Positions 1 through 9,751 of a DNA stretch of 64,000 nt are shown piece by piece. A model generated the notes under the pieces. The model did not search any database. It was not told where the DNA came from and was given only the letters and a program-made list of their open reading frames with translations. The DNA lies in assembly GCA_021199335.1 (NCBI GenBank), contig JAJQIG010000038.1, positions 1,298-65,297 on the forward strand, in the 5' to 3' direction. Positions within the stretch are counted from its first letter, which is position 1. Each line of letters starts with the position of its first letter. A program made the position numbers and the translations under genes. Source of the stretch: Oscillospiraceae bacterium. Lineage in GTDB: Bacteria > Bacillota > Clostridia > Oscillospirales > Ruminococcaceae.

Positions 1-533
1 AAGGCTATAATGTTGCCGCTTGCAAGGCGAACGGTTTCGCTCGGCGAAAGCTCGTCGGCTATAACGATAGCGGGTTCGTCCGATGAAATTTTCTGCTCCT
101 TTATTCCGCCGAGTATGTCAAGAAGTCTTGTTGTTATGTCCTTTACATCTGCGGAACGCGCCTGCATATATGGATCGTCCATGCTCTGGAACATATCGAA
201 AAAGCTCTGCCCCGTAACGGAAACGGCATATTCCGCATTAAAGCCGCCGTCCGAAATAAGGTGTTCAATCGAGCTTAGGAAGCTGAAATCCTCCATCATC
301 ATCATATGTATCATAAAAATGGCGGCATCCTCGCCGCCAACCTCGTTTATGGCAAGGGTGTAAAGCTCGTCAAGCTGCGATGCGGCGGTTTCCTTTGCGC
401 AATAAAAGCGTTCAAGCTCCTCATAACGGTCGGAAACGGTATAGCTTTTAACGCTCACGCTTGTGCGCTTATAAACGGTGATTTTTCCTATTGCAATTCC
501 TTTAAAAACACTTTTTCCGTTGTAATCTGTCAT
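1..533 (-). CDS. ptsI: Phosphoenolpyruvate-protein phosphotransferase (PTS enzyme I), N-terminal part; gene runs off the window edge
   Basis: Reverse translation from ATG (complement of cat at 531-533) reads MTDYNGKSVFKGIAIGKITVYKR...DDPYMQARSADVKDITTRLLDIL, typical of the EI N-terminal domain. It is absent from the ORF track because it is truncated. Confidence 0.8.
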   Translation of the reverse strand, partial: MTDYNGKSVFKGIAIGKITVYKRTSVSVKSYTVSDRYEELERFYCAKETAASQLDELYTLAINEVGGEDAAIFMIHMMMMEDFSFLSSIEHLISDGGFNAEYAVSVTGQSFFDMFQSMDDPYMQARSADVKDITTRLLDILGGIKEQKISSDEPAIVIADELSPSETVRLASGNIIA

Positions 534-1029
534 AAAAATTCACCTCAGTTCGGACAAAACCAATACATATACAACTTCATCTTTAATTAATAATATAATA
601 ACACTTTGCAAACACTATGTCAATCAGCTTATCGCATAAACAGAAAGAATAATTTTGTGCATTTTTCATATTTATTAGCATATTATGCTGCTTTATTTTT
701 GTTACAAATGTGAATAAAATAGAATTTTCTTCCCAAAATGCATTTCGTATAAGTCTAAAGAACGATTGTTTTTGGGTTTCCATAAATCTTCCAAGGAATT
801 TTATTCGCTTTAAAGCCGTTTTGTGCGTTATGTATATTTATTATACGTCTTAATGTGTAAATTTGGTGATGTTTTTGGGTTCACTGCGGAAAAATGCACA
901 AAATTCCCGCTCCAATTTATCCCAAACAGCGCACATTTCATATTTTATGCCCAACCTTCGCAAAATATTTATAAAAAATATAGACATTTTCGTTTTTTTG
1001 AGTTATAATATATATTGATTATTTAGAGC

Positions 1030-1164
1030 AAATTAGCGAGAAGTCCCCCACTTTAAACGATAGATAAGCGGTGGGCGGAGAGAAATCGGTATCAATGCGT
1101 AATAGGTACGCATATCTGAATACGTATGTCGTACTCAGCGAAATTGCCGAGCGTGGATTGAAAC
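1030..1164 (+). repeat. Copy A of a dispersed ~135-nt structured element. Its last 37 nt (1128-1164) resemble a solitary type I-C CRISPR repeat
   Basis: Shares blocks AGCGGTGGGCGGAGAGAAATCGGTATCAATGCGTA and ACGTATGTCGTACTCAGCGAAATTGCCGAGCGTGGATTGAAACA with 5686-5839 and partly with 41173-41304. Lies downstream of a TAGACA-N17-TATAAT promoter (about 980-1008) and 25 nt upstream of the rsmD ATG. Confidence 0.6.
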
Positions 1165-1189
1165 AAAGTTGATAGGAAATTTTTACACT

Positions 1190-1741
1190 ATGAGAGTTAT
1201 TACCGGAACCGCAAGAGGAAGAAGGCTTCAAACGCTTGAGGGGAATGATGTTCGCCCGACCTATGATAAGGTTAAGGAAGCTGTTTTTTCAATCGTCCAT
1301 TTCGATATCGAAGGCTCGAATGTGCTTGACCTGTTTTCAGGTTCGGGGCAGCTCGGCATCGAAGCAATATCAAGGGGCGCTTCAAAATGTACCTTTGTTG
1401 ATATATCGCAAAAATCCGTTAAAATTACGAATGAAAATATCAAAACCTGCGGGTTTGAGGACAAGGCTTCTGTGCTTAATACCGACAGCATAGGCTATCT
1501 TCGTACCTGCCGCCTTGTGTTTGACCTTGCTTTTCTTGATCCGCCCTACAGAAAGGGCATTATCGAGGAGGCTCTTCCGCTGCTTGAAGCTCATATGTCG
1601 CAAAGGGGAATAGCGGTCTGTGAGCATGAGGTTGGGCTTGCTCTGCCCGATGAGGTTGGGCGGCTTAAAAAATCCAGAACATATAAATACGGCAAAATCG
1701 AAGTGACGGTTTACCGCATTCTCTGTAATAATGAGGAATAA
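1190..1741 (+). CDS. rsmD: 16S rRNA (guanine966-N2)-methyltransferase RsmD
   Basis: MRVITGTARGRRL...DLFSGSGQLGIEAISRGA...FLDPPY motifs. ATG at 1190 preferred over the TTG at 1169. Confidence 0.85.
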   Translation: MRVITGTARGRRLQTLEGNDVRPTYDKVKEAVFSIVHFDIEGSNVLDLFSGSGQLGIEAISRGASKCTFVDISQKSVKITNENIKTCGFEDKASVLNTDSIGYLRTCRLVFDLAFLDPPYRKGIIEEALPLLEAHMSQRGIAVCEHEVGLALPDEVGRLKKSRTYKYGKIEVTVYRILCNNEE

Positions 1742-1744
1742 ATT

Positions 1745-2257
1745 ATGAGCAAGACAAGAATTGCCGTCTGCCCGGGCAGCTTTGACCCCGTTACCTTTGG
1801 GCATATGGATATTATACGCAGGGCATCAAGGCTTTTCGATAAGGTTATAGTCCTTGTTTCCGTCAATGCGGTAAAAAATCCGTCCTTTACAACTGTGGAG
1901 CGTGTTCAGCTCATCAATAAGGTAGTTGATCACCTCAAGCTTGAAAACGTAGTCGTCGATATTTGGGACGGTTTGCTTGCCGATTATGTTAAGCAGGTTG
2001 GTGCGTGTGCAATTATAAAGGGTCTGCGTGCGGTTTCCGACTTTGAGTATGAATTTCAGATGGCGCTTGCGAATAAAATGCTCTATGATGGGGCGGAAAC
2101 GGTTTTCCTTACAACAAGTGCGGAAAATATGTATCTTTCTTCAAGCGTTGTAAAACAGATTGCCTCTTTTGGCGGTGATATAAGCCATTTTGTTCCCAAG
2201 TGCATTTTAAGCGATATTACGGAACGTCTTGTTCCGCCGAAGTGCCCGAAAACTTAA
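1745..2257 (+). CDS. coaD: Phosphopantetheine adenylyltransferase
   Basis: IAVCPGSFDPVTFGHMDII signature; conserved rsmD-coaD pairing. Confidence 0.9.
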   Translation: MSKTRIAVCPGSFDPVTFGHMDIIRRASRLFDKVIVLVSVNAVKNPSFTTVERVQLINKVVDHLKLENVVVDIWDGLLADYVKQVGACAIIKGLRAVSDFEYEFQMALANKMLYDGAETVFLTTSAENMYLSSSVVKQIASFGGDISHFVPKCILSDITERLVPPKCPKT

Positions 2258-2279
2258 TCTTAAACAGGAGGTTAATGAT

Positions 2280-2759
2280 ATGATAATCGATGAAATCCTT
2301 GATATGATGGACGATATGCTCGATGAAGCAAACGCCGTTCCTTTCAGTAATAAAAAGGGCGTTATCGACCTCGATAAAATGCGCAGCTGCATTAATGACC
2401 TGCGTCTTAATCTTCCCGATGAAATCCGTAATGCCAAAAATATTGTGCGTGACCGTCAGGAAATTGTGAGCGACGCCAATAAGGAGGCTGACCAGATTGT
2501 CCGCCGTGCCGAAGAAAGAGCAAAGGTTATCGTTTCAAACGATGAAATTACCAAAGCCGCCAAACAGCAGGCTGTGGAAATCCTTAATCAGGCGCAGGCA
2601 AGGGCAAAGGATATCAGGAATGCCGCAAATAAATACATTGACGATATTCTTCTCCAGTCGGAATCGGTCCTTCAAACAAGCCTTACCGACATAAAGAAAA
2701 CAAGACAGGCTGTGCGCAATGTTCCGTCAAGCGCCGCCGTTCAGAAACCCAAGAATTGA
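2280..2759 (+). CDS. Hypothetical coiled-coil protein (ATPase subunit b/E-like heptads)
   Basis: AGGAGG 8 nt upstream of the ATG at 2280. Charged helical sequence; no catalytic motif recognised. Confidence 0.55.
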   Translation: MIIDEILDMMDDMLDEANAVPFSNKKGVIDLDKMRSCINDLRLNLPDEIRNAKNIVRDRQEIVSDANKEADQIVRRAEERAKVIVSNDEITKAAKQQAVEILNQAQARAKDIRNAANKYIDDILLQSESVLQTSLTDIKKTRQAVRNVPSSAAVQKPKN

Positions 2760-2825
2760 CGATAAATCCTCAGCTGCCTGCTGCGCTGGGGATTTTTGCA
2801 TAAAAGCGTAAAGGAGAAAAGAGAT

Positions 2826-3494
2826 ATGAATAATTTTTCCGCCGAAAAAACGGATGGCTGCGTTGCCGCAATAAAAAAGGTTTCCGAAGAAATCGCCGCT
2901 CTTCCTGAAATGCGTTTCGAGAAAATACCGAGGGGAAGCTCTGCGCTTGTTATTGTAGATATTGTGAACGGATTTATTCGTGAGGGCGCAATGTCGTCTT
3001 CCGATATTGAAAACATAATTCCTCCTTCTGTGAGCCTTGCGGAAGGCTTTAAATCGGCGGAAATGCCTATTGTTGCTTTTGCCGACTGCCATAAAAAGGG
3101 CTGCGCCGAATTTAATTCGTTCCCCGAGCATTGCCTTGACGGAACGAGCGAGTCCGAGCTTGTTGACGAGCTTAAAGCTGTTGGGGGATATACATTGATA
3201 AGGAAAAATTCCACAAACGGCTTCCATGAAAGGGCATTCCGCAGCTTTATCGAGGAAAATCCGAACATCGAAACCTTTGTCGTTGTCGGAGATTGTACGG
3301 ATATATGCGTCCTTCAATTTTGCCTTGCGCTAAAAACCTATTTCAACTGCGAAAATAAAAGGTGTGATATAATAGTTCCCGTAAGCTGCGTTGAAACATA
3401 TGATGCGCCATACCATAACGCCGCATTTATGAATCTTGCCGCATATAAGCTTATGTCCGACTGCGGTGTGCGCTTTGTAAAAAATATCAGATAG
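2826..3494 (+). CDS. pncA: Isochorismatase-family hydrolase, probable nicotinamidase
   Basis: ALVIVDIVNGF...VVVGDCTDICV isochorismatase-type motifs. AAGGAG RBS; directly upstream of pncB. Confidence 0.65.
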   Translation: MNNFSAEKTDGCVAAIKKVSEEIAALPEMRFEKIPRGSSALVIVDIVNGFIREGAMSSSDIENIIPPSVSLAEGFKSAEMPIVAFADCHKKGCAEFNSFPEHCLDGTSESELVDELKAVGGYTLIRKNSTNGFHERAFRSFIEENPNIETFVVVGDCTDICVLQFCLALKTYFNCENKRCDIIVPVSCVETYDAPYHNAAFMNLAAYKLMSDCGVRFVKNIR

Positions 3495-3505
3495 GGGAAA
3501 TAAGA

Positions 3506-4951
3506 ATGAAAAATATAGACCGTAACCTTACCATGCTTACCGACTTTTATGAGCTTACAATGGCTAACGGCTACTTCCGAAACGGCATGGGTGAAATGAT
3601 TTCCTATTTTGACCTGTTCTTCCGCAGCGTCCCCGATGAGGGCGGCTTTGCAATTATGGCGGGCCTTGAACAGGCTATAGACTATATGAAAAATCTCAGC
3701 TTCAGCGAGGACGATATTGATTATCTTAGGGGTAAAGGCATATTCGGCGAGGATTTCCTCGGCTATCTTCGTGATTTCAAGTTCTGCTGCGATGTGTGGG
3801 CAATCCCCGAGGGTACTCCGATTTTCCCCAATGAGCCTGTTATGACCGTAAGAGGTCCCGCAATTCAAGCGCAGTTTGTTGAAACGATGCTCCTTATTTG
3901 CGTAAATCATCAAAGCCTTATTGCAACAAAAGCGAACAGAATTGTCCGTGCCGCTGAGGGAAGACCCGTTATGGAGTTCGGCTCAAGACGTGCCCAAGGC
4001 TTTGACGGTGCGGTTTACGGCGCAAGGGCGGCATATATCGGCGGCTGCTGCGGAACGGCTTGCACAATCTCCGATAAGGATATGGGAACTCCTGCGCTCG
4101 GAACAATGGCGCATTCGTGGATTCAAATGTTTGACAGCGAGCTTGAAGCGTTCCGTGCATATGCGAAATGCTATCCCAAGGGAACAACTCTCCTTGTTGA
4201 TACCTACAACGTGCTTAAATCGGGAGTGCCGAATGCCATAACGGTTTTCAAGGAAATGAGGGCGAGGGGAGAAGAACCCGCAGGAATAAGGATTGACAGC
4301 GGCGATATTACCTATCTCTCAAAGTGCGCAAGGCAGATGCTTGACGATGAGGGCTTTCCAAACGTAAAAATTGTCGCATCCAATTCCCTTGATGAGTATA
4401 TTATAAGGGATATTCTTCTGCAAGGGGCGAAAATCGACAGCTTTGGGGTCGGGGAACGACTTATTACCTCAAAATCAGAGCCTGTTTTCGGCGGAGTTTA
4501 TAAACTTGCCGCCATCGAAAAGGATGGGGAGATTATCCCCAAAATTAAAGTTTCGGAAAATGTTGCGAAAATCACCAACCCCGATTTCAAGGAGGTATGG
4601 CGCTTGTTCGACAGTTCAACCGGAAAGGCAATTGCGGATATCCTTACCTGCCATGGGGAGGAAATCGATGATTCAAGACCGTATGAAATCTTTGACCCGG
4701 AGCATACCTACAAAAGAAAGGTTCTATCCAATTTCAGCGCAGTAAAGCTCATGGAAAAAATTTTTGACGGCGGAAGGTGCGTTTACGAATCCCCCACAGC
4801 GGATGATATAAGAGCATATTGCGTAGCTCAGATCGATACGCTTTGGGATGAGCTTAAACGCTTTGAGTATCCGCACAAATATTACGTTGACCTTTCGACA
4901 AAGCTCTGGCAGAAGAAAAACGAGCTTCTTAGAAAGGCGCACAATTTTTAA
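3506..4951 (+). CDS. pncB: Nicotinate phosphoribosyltransferase
   Basis: LTDFYELTMANGYF...EFGSRRAQG...GTMAHSWIQ motifs; 481 aa. Confidence 0.9.
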   Translation: MKNIDRNLTMLTDFYELTMANGYFRNGMGEMISYFDLFFRSVPDEGGFAIMAGLEQAIDYMKNLSFSEDDIDYLRGKGIFGEDFLGYLRDFKFCCDVWAIPEGTPIFPNEPVMTVRGPAIQAQFVETMLLICVNHQSLIATKANRIVRAAEGRPVMEFGSRRAQGFDGAVYGARAAYIGGCCGTACTISDKDMGTPALGTMAHSWIQMFDSELEAFRAYAKCYPKGTTLLVDTYNVLKSGVPNAITVFKEMRARGEEPAGIRIDSGDITYLSKCARQMLDDEGFPNVKIVASNSLDEYIIRDILLQGAKIDSFGVGERLITSKSEPVFGGVYKLAAIEKDGEIIPKIKVSENVAKITNPDFKEVWRLFDSSTGKAIADILTCHGEEIDDSRPYEIFDPEHTYKRKVLSNFSAVKLMEKIFDGGRCVYESPTADDIRAYCVAQIDTLWDELKRFEYPHKYYVDLSTKLWQKKNELLRKAHNF

Positions 4952-4992
4952 TCCTGTAACAGAAATGCGTAAACAGATAATTTGGAGATTTT

Positions 4993-5667
4993 ATGAGCAG
5001 TATTATAACCTATCGTTACATTAAACAAAATGAAGATATCCACACCTATATAAAAAATGCGGACGCAGCCGTTGCGGCGCAGGGCTACACGGAGCATTCA
5101 TTTGCCCACGTTGAAAGGGTTGCGCAGACAGTTGAAATGATTTTATCAACCCTCGGTTATCCCGAAAGGCAGGTTGAGCTTGGCAAAATTGCGGCATACC
5201 TGCATGATATAGGCAATGTCGTTAACCGAATTGACCACGCTCAGAGTGGAGCGGTTATGGCTTTCCGTCTGCTTGATAACCTTAATATGCCTGCGGAGGA
5301 AATTTGCGCCGTAATTTCCGCTATCGGCAATCATGACGAGCATACAGCACAGCCGCTTAACGCAATTGCGGCGGCGCTTATAATCGGCGACAAAACCGAC
5401 GTTCGCCGCAGCAGAGTAAGAAATGTCGAGAGCGTTAATCTCAGGGATGATATTCATGACCGTGTGAATTATGCCGTTGAGGAATCGAGAATTTATTTTA
5501 CAGAGGATAAAAAGGCAATCGTCCTTGAGCTCAGGCTTGATACGAATATTTCGTCTGTAATGGAATATTTTGAAATTTTCATGGATAGAATGCTGCTTTG
5601 CAGGCGTTCTGCGGAATTTTTTGGTATAGAGTTCAGAGCGAGAGTAAATGATACCGAGGTAATGTAA
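4993..5667 (+). CDS. HD-domain phosphohydrolase
   Basis: HSFAHVERVA...AAYLHDIGN...GNHDE HD-superfamily pattern. Confidence 0.7.
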   Translation: MSSIITYRYIKQNEDIHTYIKNADAAVAAQGYTEHSFAHVERVAQTVEMILSTLGYPERQVELGKIAAYLHDIGNVVNRIDHAQSGAVMAFRLLDNLNMPAEEICAVISAIGNHDEHTAQPLNAIAAALIIGDKTDVRRSRVRNVESVNLRDDIHDRVNYAVEESRIYFTEDKKAIVLELRLDTNISSVMEYFEIFMDRMLLCRRSAEFFGIEFRARVNDTEVM

Positions 5668-5685
5668 TTTAACCAAAATCATCAA

Positions 5686-5839
5686 GAATTCCCCCACTTC
5701 AACCAATAGGTAGGTGGTGGGTGGGATGAATTGCCAAAGGGAAAATTGATGGCAGCGGTGGGCGTAGAGAAACCGGCATCAATGCGTACCTTTGTAACGT
5801 ATATCGCACTCCGTTAAGTTACCGAGCGTGGATTGAAAC
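5686..5839 (+). repeat. Copy B of the dispersed element, with type I-C repeat-like 3' end at 5803-5839
   Basis: 32/35 and 37/44 identity to copy A in the two conserved blocks. Has an extra 5' hairpin TCCCCCAC...GTGGGTGGGA. Starts 19 nt after the HD gene stop. Confidence 0.6.
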
Positions 5840-5914
5840 AATGGCATAAGGCATAATTTGCTGCCGCAGTTTGCGCATTAATTATTGTAAATGTGTTAAA
5901 TTGTAAAAATGTGC

Positions 5915-5943
5915 TTGCTTTTTTCGGCGAAAAAAGGTATAAT
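5915..5943 (+). promoter_or_regulatory. Putative sigma-A promoter of pyrG (TTGCTT-N17-TATAAT)
   Basis: Hexamers read directly from the sequence, about 40 nt upstream of the pyrG ATG. Confidence 0.45.
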
Positions 5944-5946
5944 TAA

Positions 5947-7584
<1,638 letters not shown>

Positions 7585-7589
7585 TTACA

Positions 7590-7624
7590 AAACTGCCGAG
7601 TCCACAGTACACGGCAGTTTTTGA
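7590..7624 (+). terminator. Rho-independent terminator after pyrG
   Basis: AACTGCCG...CGGCAGTT stem followed by TTTTT. Confidence 0.75.
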
Positions 7625-7783
7625 ATTTTGTCGGGCAAATAAGAAACATTTGGCAAACCGCTTGTAAAATCCGTGCAATTGTGGTAAAATAAATGTTATA
7701 CGTTAAAATTACAGCTTGAGGATAATTCCCTGCTGCATTGAATTTCGGGGCAATTCCCCTTGTTAAACGAAAGGATGATATAA

Positions 7784-9070
7784 ATGGCAAAAAAACCTTT
7801 AGTGCCGATTACACTGCTTACAGGCTACCTCGGCGCAGGAAAAACTACTCTTATCAATCATGTCCTTAATAATCAGGAGGGCTATAAGGTTGCAGTTATA
7901 GTCAACGATATAGGTGAGGTTAACATTGATGCGGAGCTTATCCAAAAGGGCGGCACCGTTACCCAAAAGGACGATAACCTTGTTCCTCTTTCCAACGGCT
8001 GTATCTGCTGCACATTAAAGGTTGACCTTATGAATCAGATTACGGAGCTTGTTAAGACGGGGAAGTTTGATTACCTCCTTATTGAAGCAAGCGGAATTTG
8101 TGAGCCGCTGCCCATTGCGCAGTCCATTTCTGTTCTTGAGGGTAAGGTTGATAAGCGTTATCCTGCAATCTGCCGACTTGATAATATTGTTACGGTTGTT
8201 GATGCGCTGAGAATGGCTTCGGAATTCGGCTGCGGGGATAATCTGCTCAAGGATGATGTAGGCGAGGAGGATATTGAAAATCTCCTTATCCAGCAGATTG
8301 AGTTTTGCACAACAATTATTCTTAATAAGGTCGATAAGGTTACTCCCGACCAGCTCGGAAGAGTAAAGGCAATGATAAAAACCCTTCAGCCCAAGGCAAG
8401 AATTATTGAAGCAAGCTACGGAAAGGTTGAGGTTTCCGATATTCTTAATACAAACTGCTATGATTTTGAAGAAGCCGTTACCTCCGCAGGTTGGGCAAAG
8501 GCCTACGAGGAGGGCGTTCCCGATGATGATGAGGACGAGCATCACCACCACCATGAACATGACGAAGATGAACACGAGCATGAGCATCACCATGACCGCG
8601 ATGATGATGAGCATGACCATGAACACCATGAGCATCATTATGATGGGTTCGGAAATTGCAGCTGTGGGCATCACCACCATCACCATGACGAGGGCGAAGC
8701 CGAGGAATATGGCATAGGCACTTTCGTTTACCGCCGCCGCCGTCCGTTCAATCAGGATAAGCTCGGCGAGTTTATTGAGAATTGGCCCAAGTCCGTAATA
8801 CGCTGCAAGGGTATGCTTTGGTTCTCCGATGATAGGGATACCGCTTATGTTTTTGAGCAGGCGGGAGTTCAGATTAACGCCACCGATTCGGGAAAATGGT
8901 TTGCATCCGCCCCCGAAAAGGAAAGAAAACGTCTTTTGAAGCAGTACCCCGAAATCGAAAAGGATTGGGATGAAATATACGGCGACCGTGAAATAAAGCT
9001 CGTCTTTATCGGTCAGAAAATGGATAAGGCTGCTATCACAGAGGCGCTTGATAGCTGTCTTGATAAGTAA
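7784..9070 (+). CDS. COG0523/CobW-family GTPase metallochaperone (ZigA/YciC-like) with a long His/Asp/Glu-rich insert
   Basis: GYLGAGKTTL P-loop, GCICCTLK metal motif, and HHHHHEHDEDEHEHEHHH...GHHHHHHD insert. Confidence 0.85.
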   Translation: MAKKPLVPITLLTGYLGAGKTTLINHVLNNQEGYKVAVIVNDIGEVNIDAELIQKGGTVTQKDDNLVPLSNGCICCTLKVDLMNQITELVKTGKFDYLLIEASGICEPLPIAQSISVLEGKVDKRYPAICRLDNIVTVVDALRMASEFGCGDNLLKDDVGEEDIENLLIQQIEFCTTIILNKVDKVTPDQLGRVKAMIKTLQPKARIIEASYGKVEVSDILNTNCYDFEEAVTSAGWAKAYEEGVPDDDEDEHHHHHEHDEDEHEHEHHHDRDDDEHDHEHHEHHYDGFGNCSCGHHHHHHDEGEAEEYGIGTFVYRRRRPFNQDKLGEFIENWPKSVIRCKGMLWFSDDRDTAYVFEQAGVQINATDSGKWFASAPEKERKRLLKQYPEIEKDWDEIYGDREIKLVFIGQKMDKAAITEALDSCLDK

Positions 9071-9084
9071 AAATACTGTTGCGG

Positions 9085-9118
9085 GAGGACGAATTGTAAA
9101 TGCGATTCGTCCTTCTTT
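9085..9118 (+). terminator. Probable terminator after the COG0523 gene
   Basis: AGGACGAAT...ATTCGTCCT stem; weak T tract. Confidence 0.5.
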
Positions 9119-9221
9119 GGTATAGTCGTATACAAATGCTTGAACCCAAAATGAATTCAACATAAATCCGTGATTGTGTTGTTCAGTTTTGCGCCTATAG
9201 ATGTTACAATAACAGTATCAA

Positions 9222-9368
9222 ATATAACTTACGACTGATGTCCCCCGCCTCTTCAGGCGGGGGAGCATACGCTCTTTCAGTGGGGGATACAATCCCCCAC
9301 TGAAACCCCTAAGGGGCTAACGCCCCCAGTCGTTCGTTGAATGACGGGGCGATGCCCCTTATTGAAGG
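9222..9368 (+). repeat. GC-rich multi-hairpin element, copy 1 (5' leader of the 9380 operon)
   Basis: About 90% identical to the reverse complement of 50316-50462. Closing stem ACGACTG/CAGTCGT encloses hairpins CCCCCGCC/GGCGGGGG, CAGTGGGGGA/TCCCCCACTG and CCCC/GGGG. A further hairpin GGGGC-GAT-GCCCC lies just before the RBS. Confidence 0.7.
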
Positions 9369-9379
9369 AGGTTCAGAAT

Positions 9380-9736
9380 ATGAACACGGATAAAATTTAT
9401 GCGGAAGCAATTGCCAATGAGTATGCCCCCAAAAATACATCAAAGGTTGTAGCCTTAAAAAAGCTTGACATGAGAGCAAAGAGGGCGGCAAATATTTTCG
9501 CCTATACATTTGGAGTTGCTGCGGCATTGGTTTTGGGCACCGGTATGTGCCTCTCGATGAAAGTAATCGGAGCGGGTACAATCGGGTTTATTGCTTTGGG
9601 AATTATTTTGGGCGTTGTAGGATTTGCAGCAATGGGTATAAATTACCCCATCTACAAAAAACTGCTTGAGAGCGGAAAGCGGAAGTACGCGTTTGAAATT
9701 ATTCAGCTTGCAAAGGAAATTACCGAGGAGGAATAA
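9380..9736 (+). CDS. Small membrane protein, unknown function
   Basis: GGAGG RBS and ATG at 9380; two hydrophobic helices. Confidence 0.55.
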   Translation: MNTDKIYAEAIANEYAPKNTSKVVALKKLDMRAKRAANIFAYTFGVAAALVLGTGMCLSMKVIGAGTIGFIALGIILGVVGFAAMGINYPIYKKLLESGKRKYAFEIIQLAKEITEEE

Positions 9737-9751
9737 AGGAGGAGGGGTGGA

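Noticed and set aside
583-1008. Small ORFs (66 and 61 aa) in the ptsI-rsmD intergenic region
   Set aside because: They have AT-rich, low-complexity translations with no RBS. The region is better explained as divergent promoter DNA.
1030-1164. The three-copy element as a T-box or another known riboswitch, or as a CRISPR array
   Set aside because: It lacks the T-box GGTGGTACCGCG sequence and a specifier architecture. It also lacks the conserved cores I can recall for the SAM, TPP, FMN, purine, c-di-GMP, ykkC, ZTP and glycine classes. The downstream genes are functionally unrelated. It is not an array because each locus has a single repeat-like unit with no spacer periodicity.
5884-5906. ATTGTAA heptamers recurring upstream of pyrG, glgB (26866) and elsewhere, as a global regulator motif
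   Set aside because: The heptamer is AT-rich and sits in AT-rich intergenic DNA, with irregular spacing. Chance occurrence cannot be excluded without genome-wide statistics. Only the phased triple repeat at 20912-20941 is reported.
8015-9163. 382-aa ORF on the minus strand opposite the COG0523 gene
   Set aside because: It mirrors the His/Asp codon repeats (runs of M, V, I, F). It has no RBS or recognisable family, and it fully overlaps a clearly homologous plus-strand gene.
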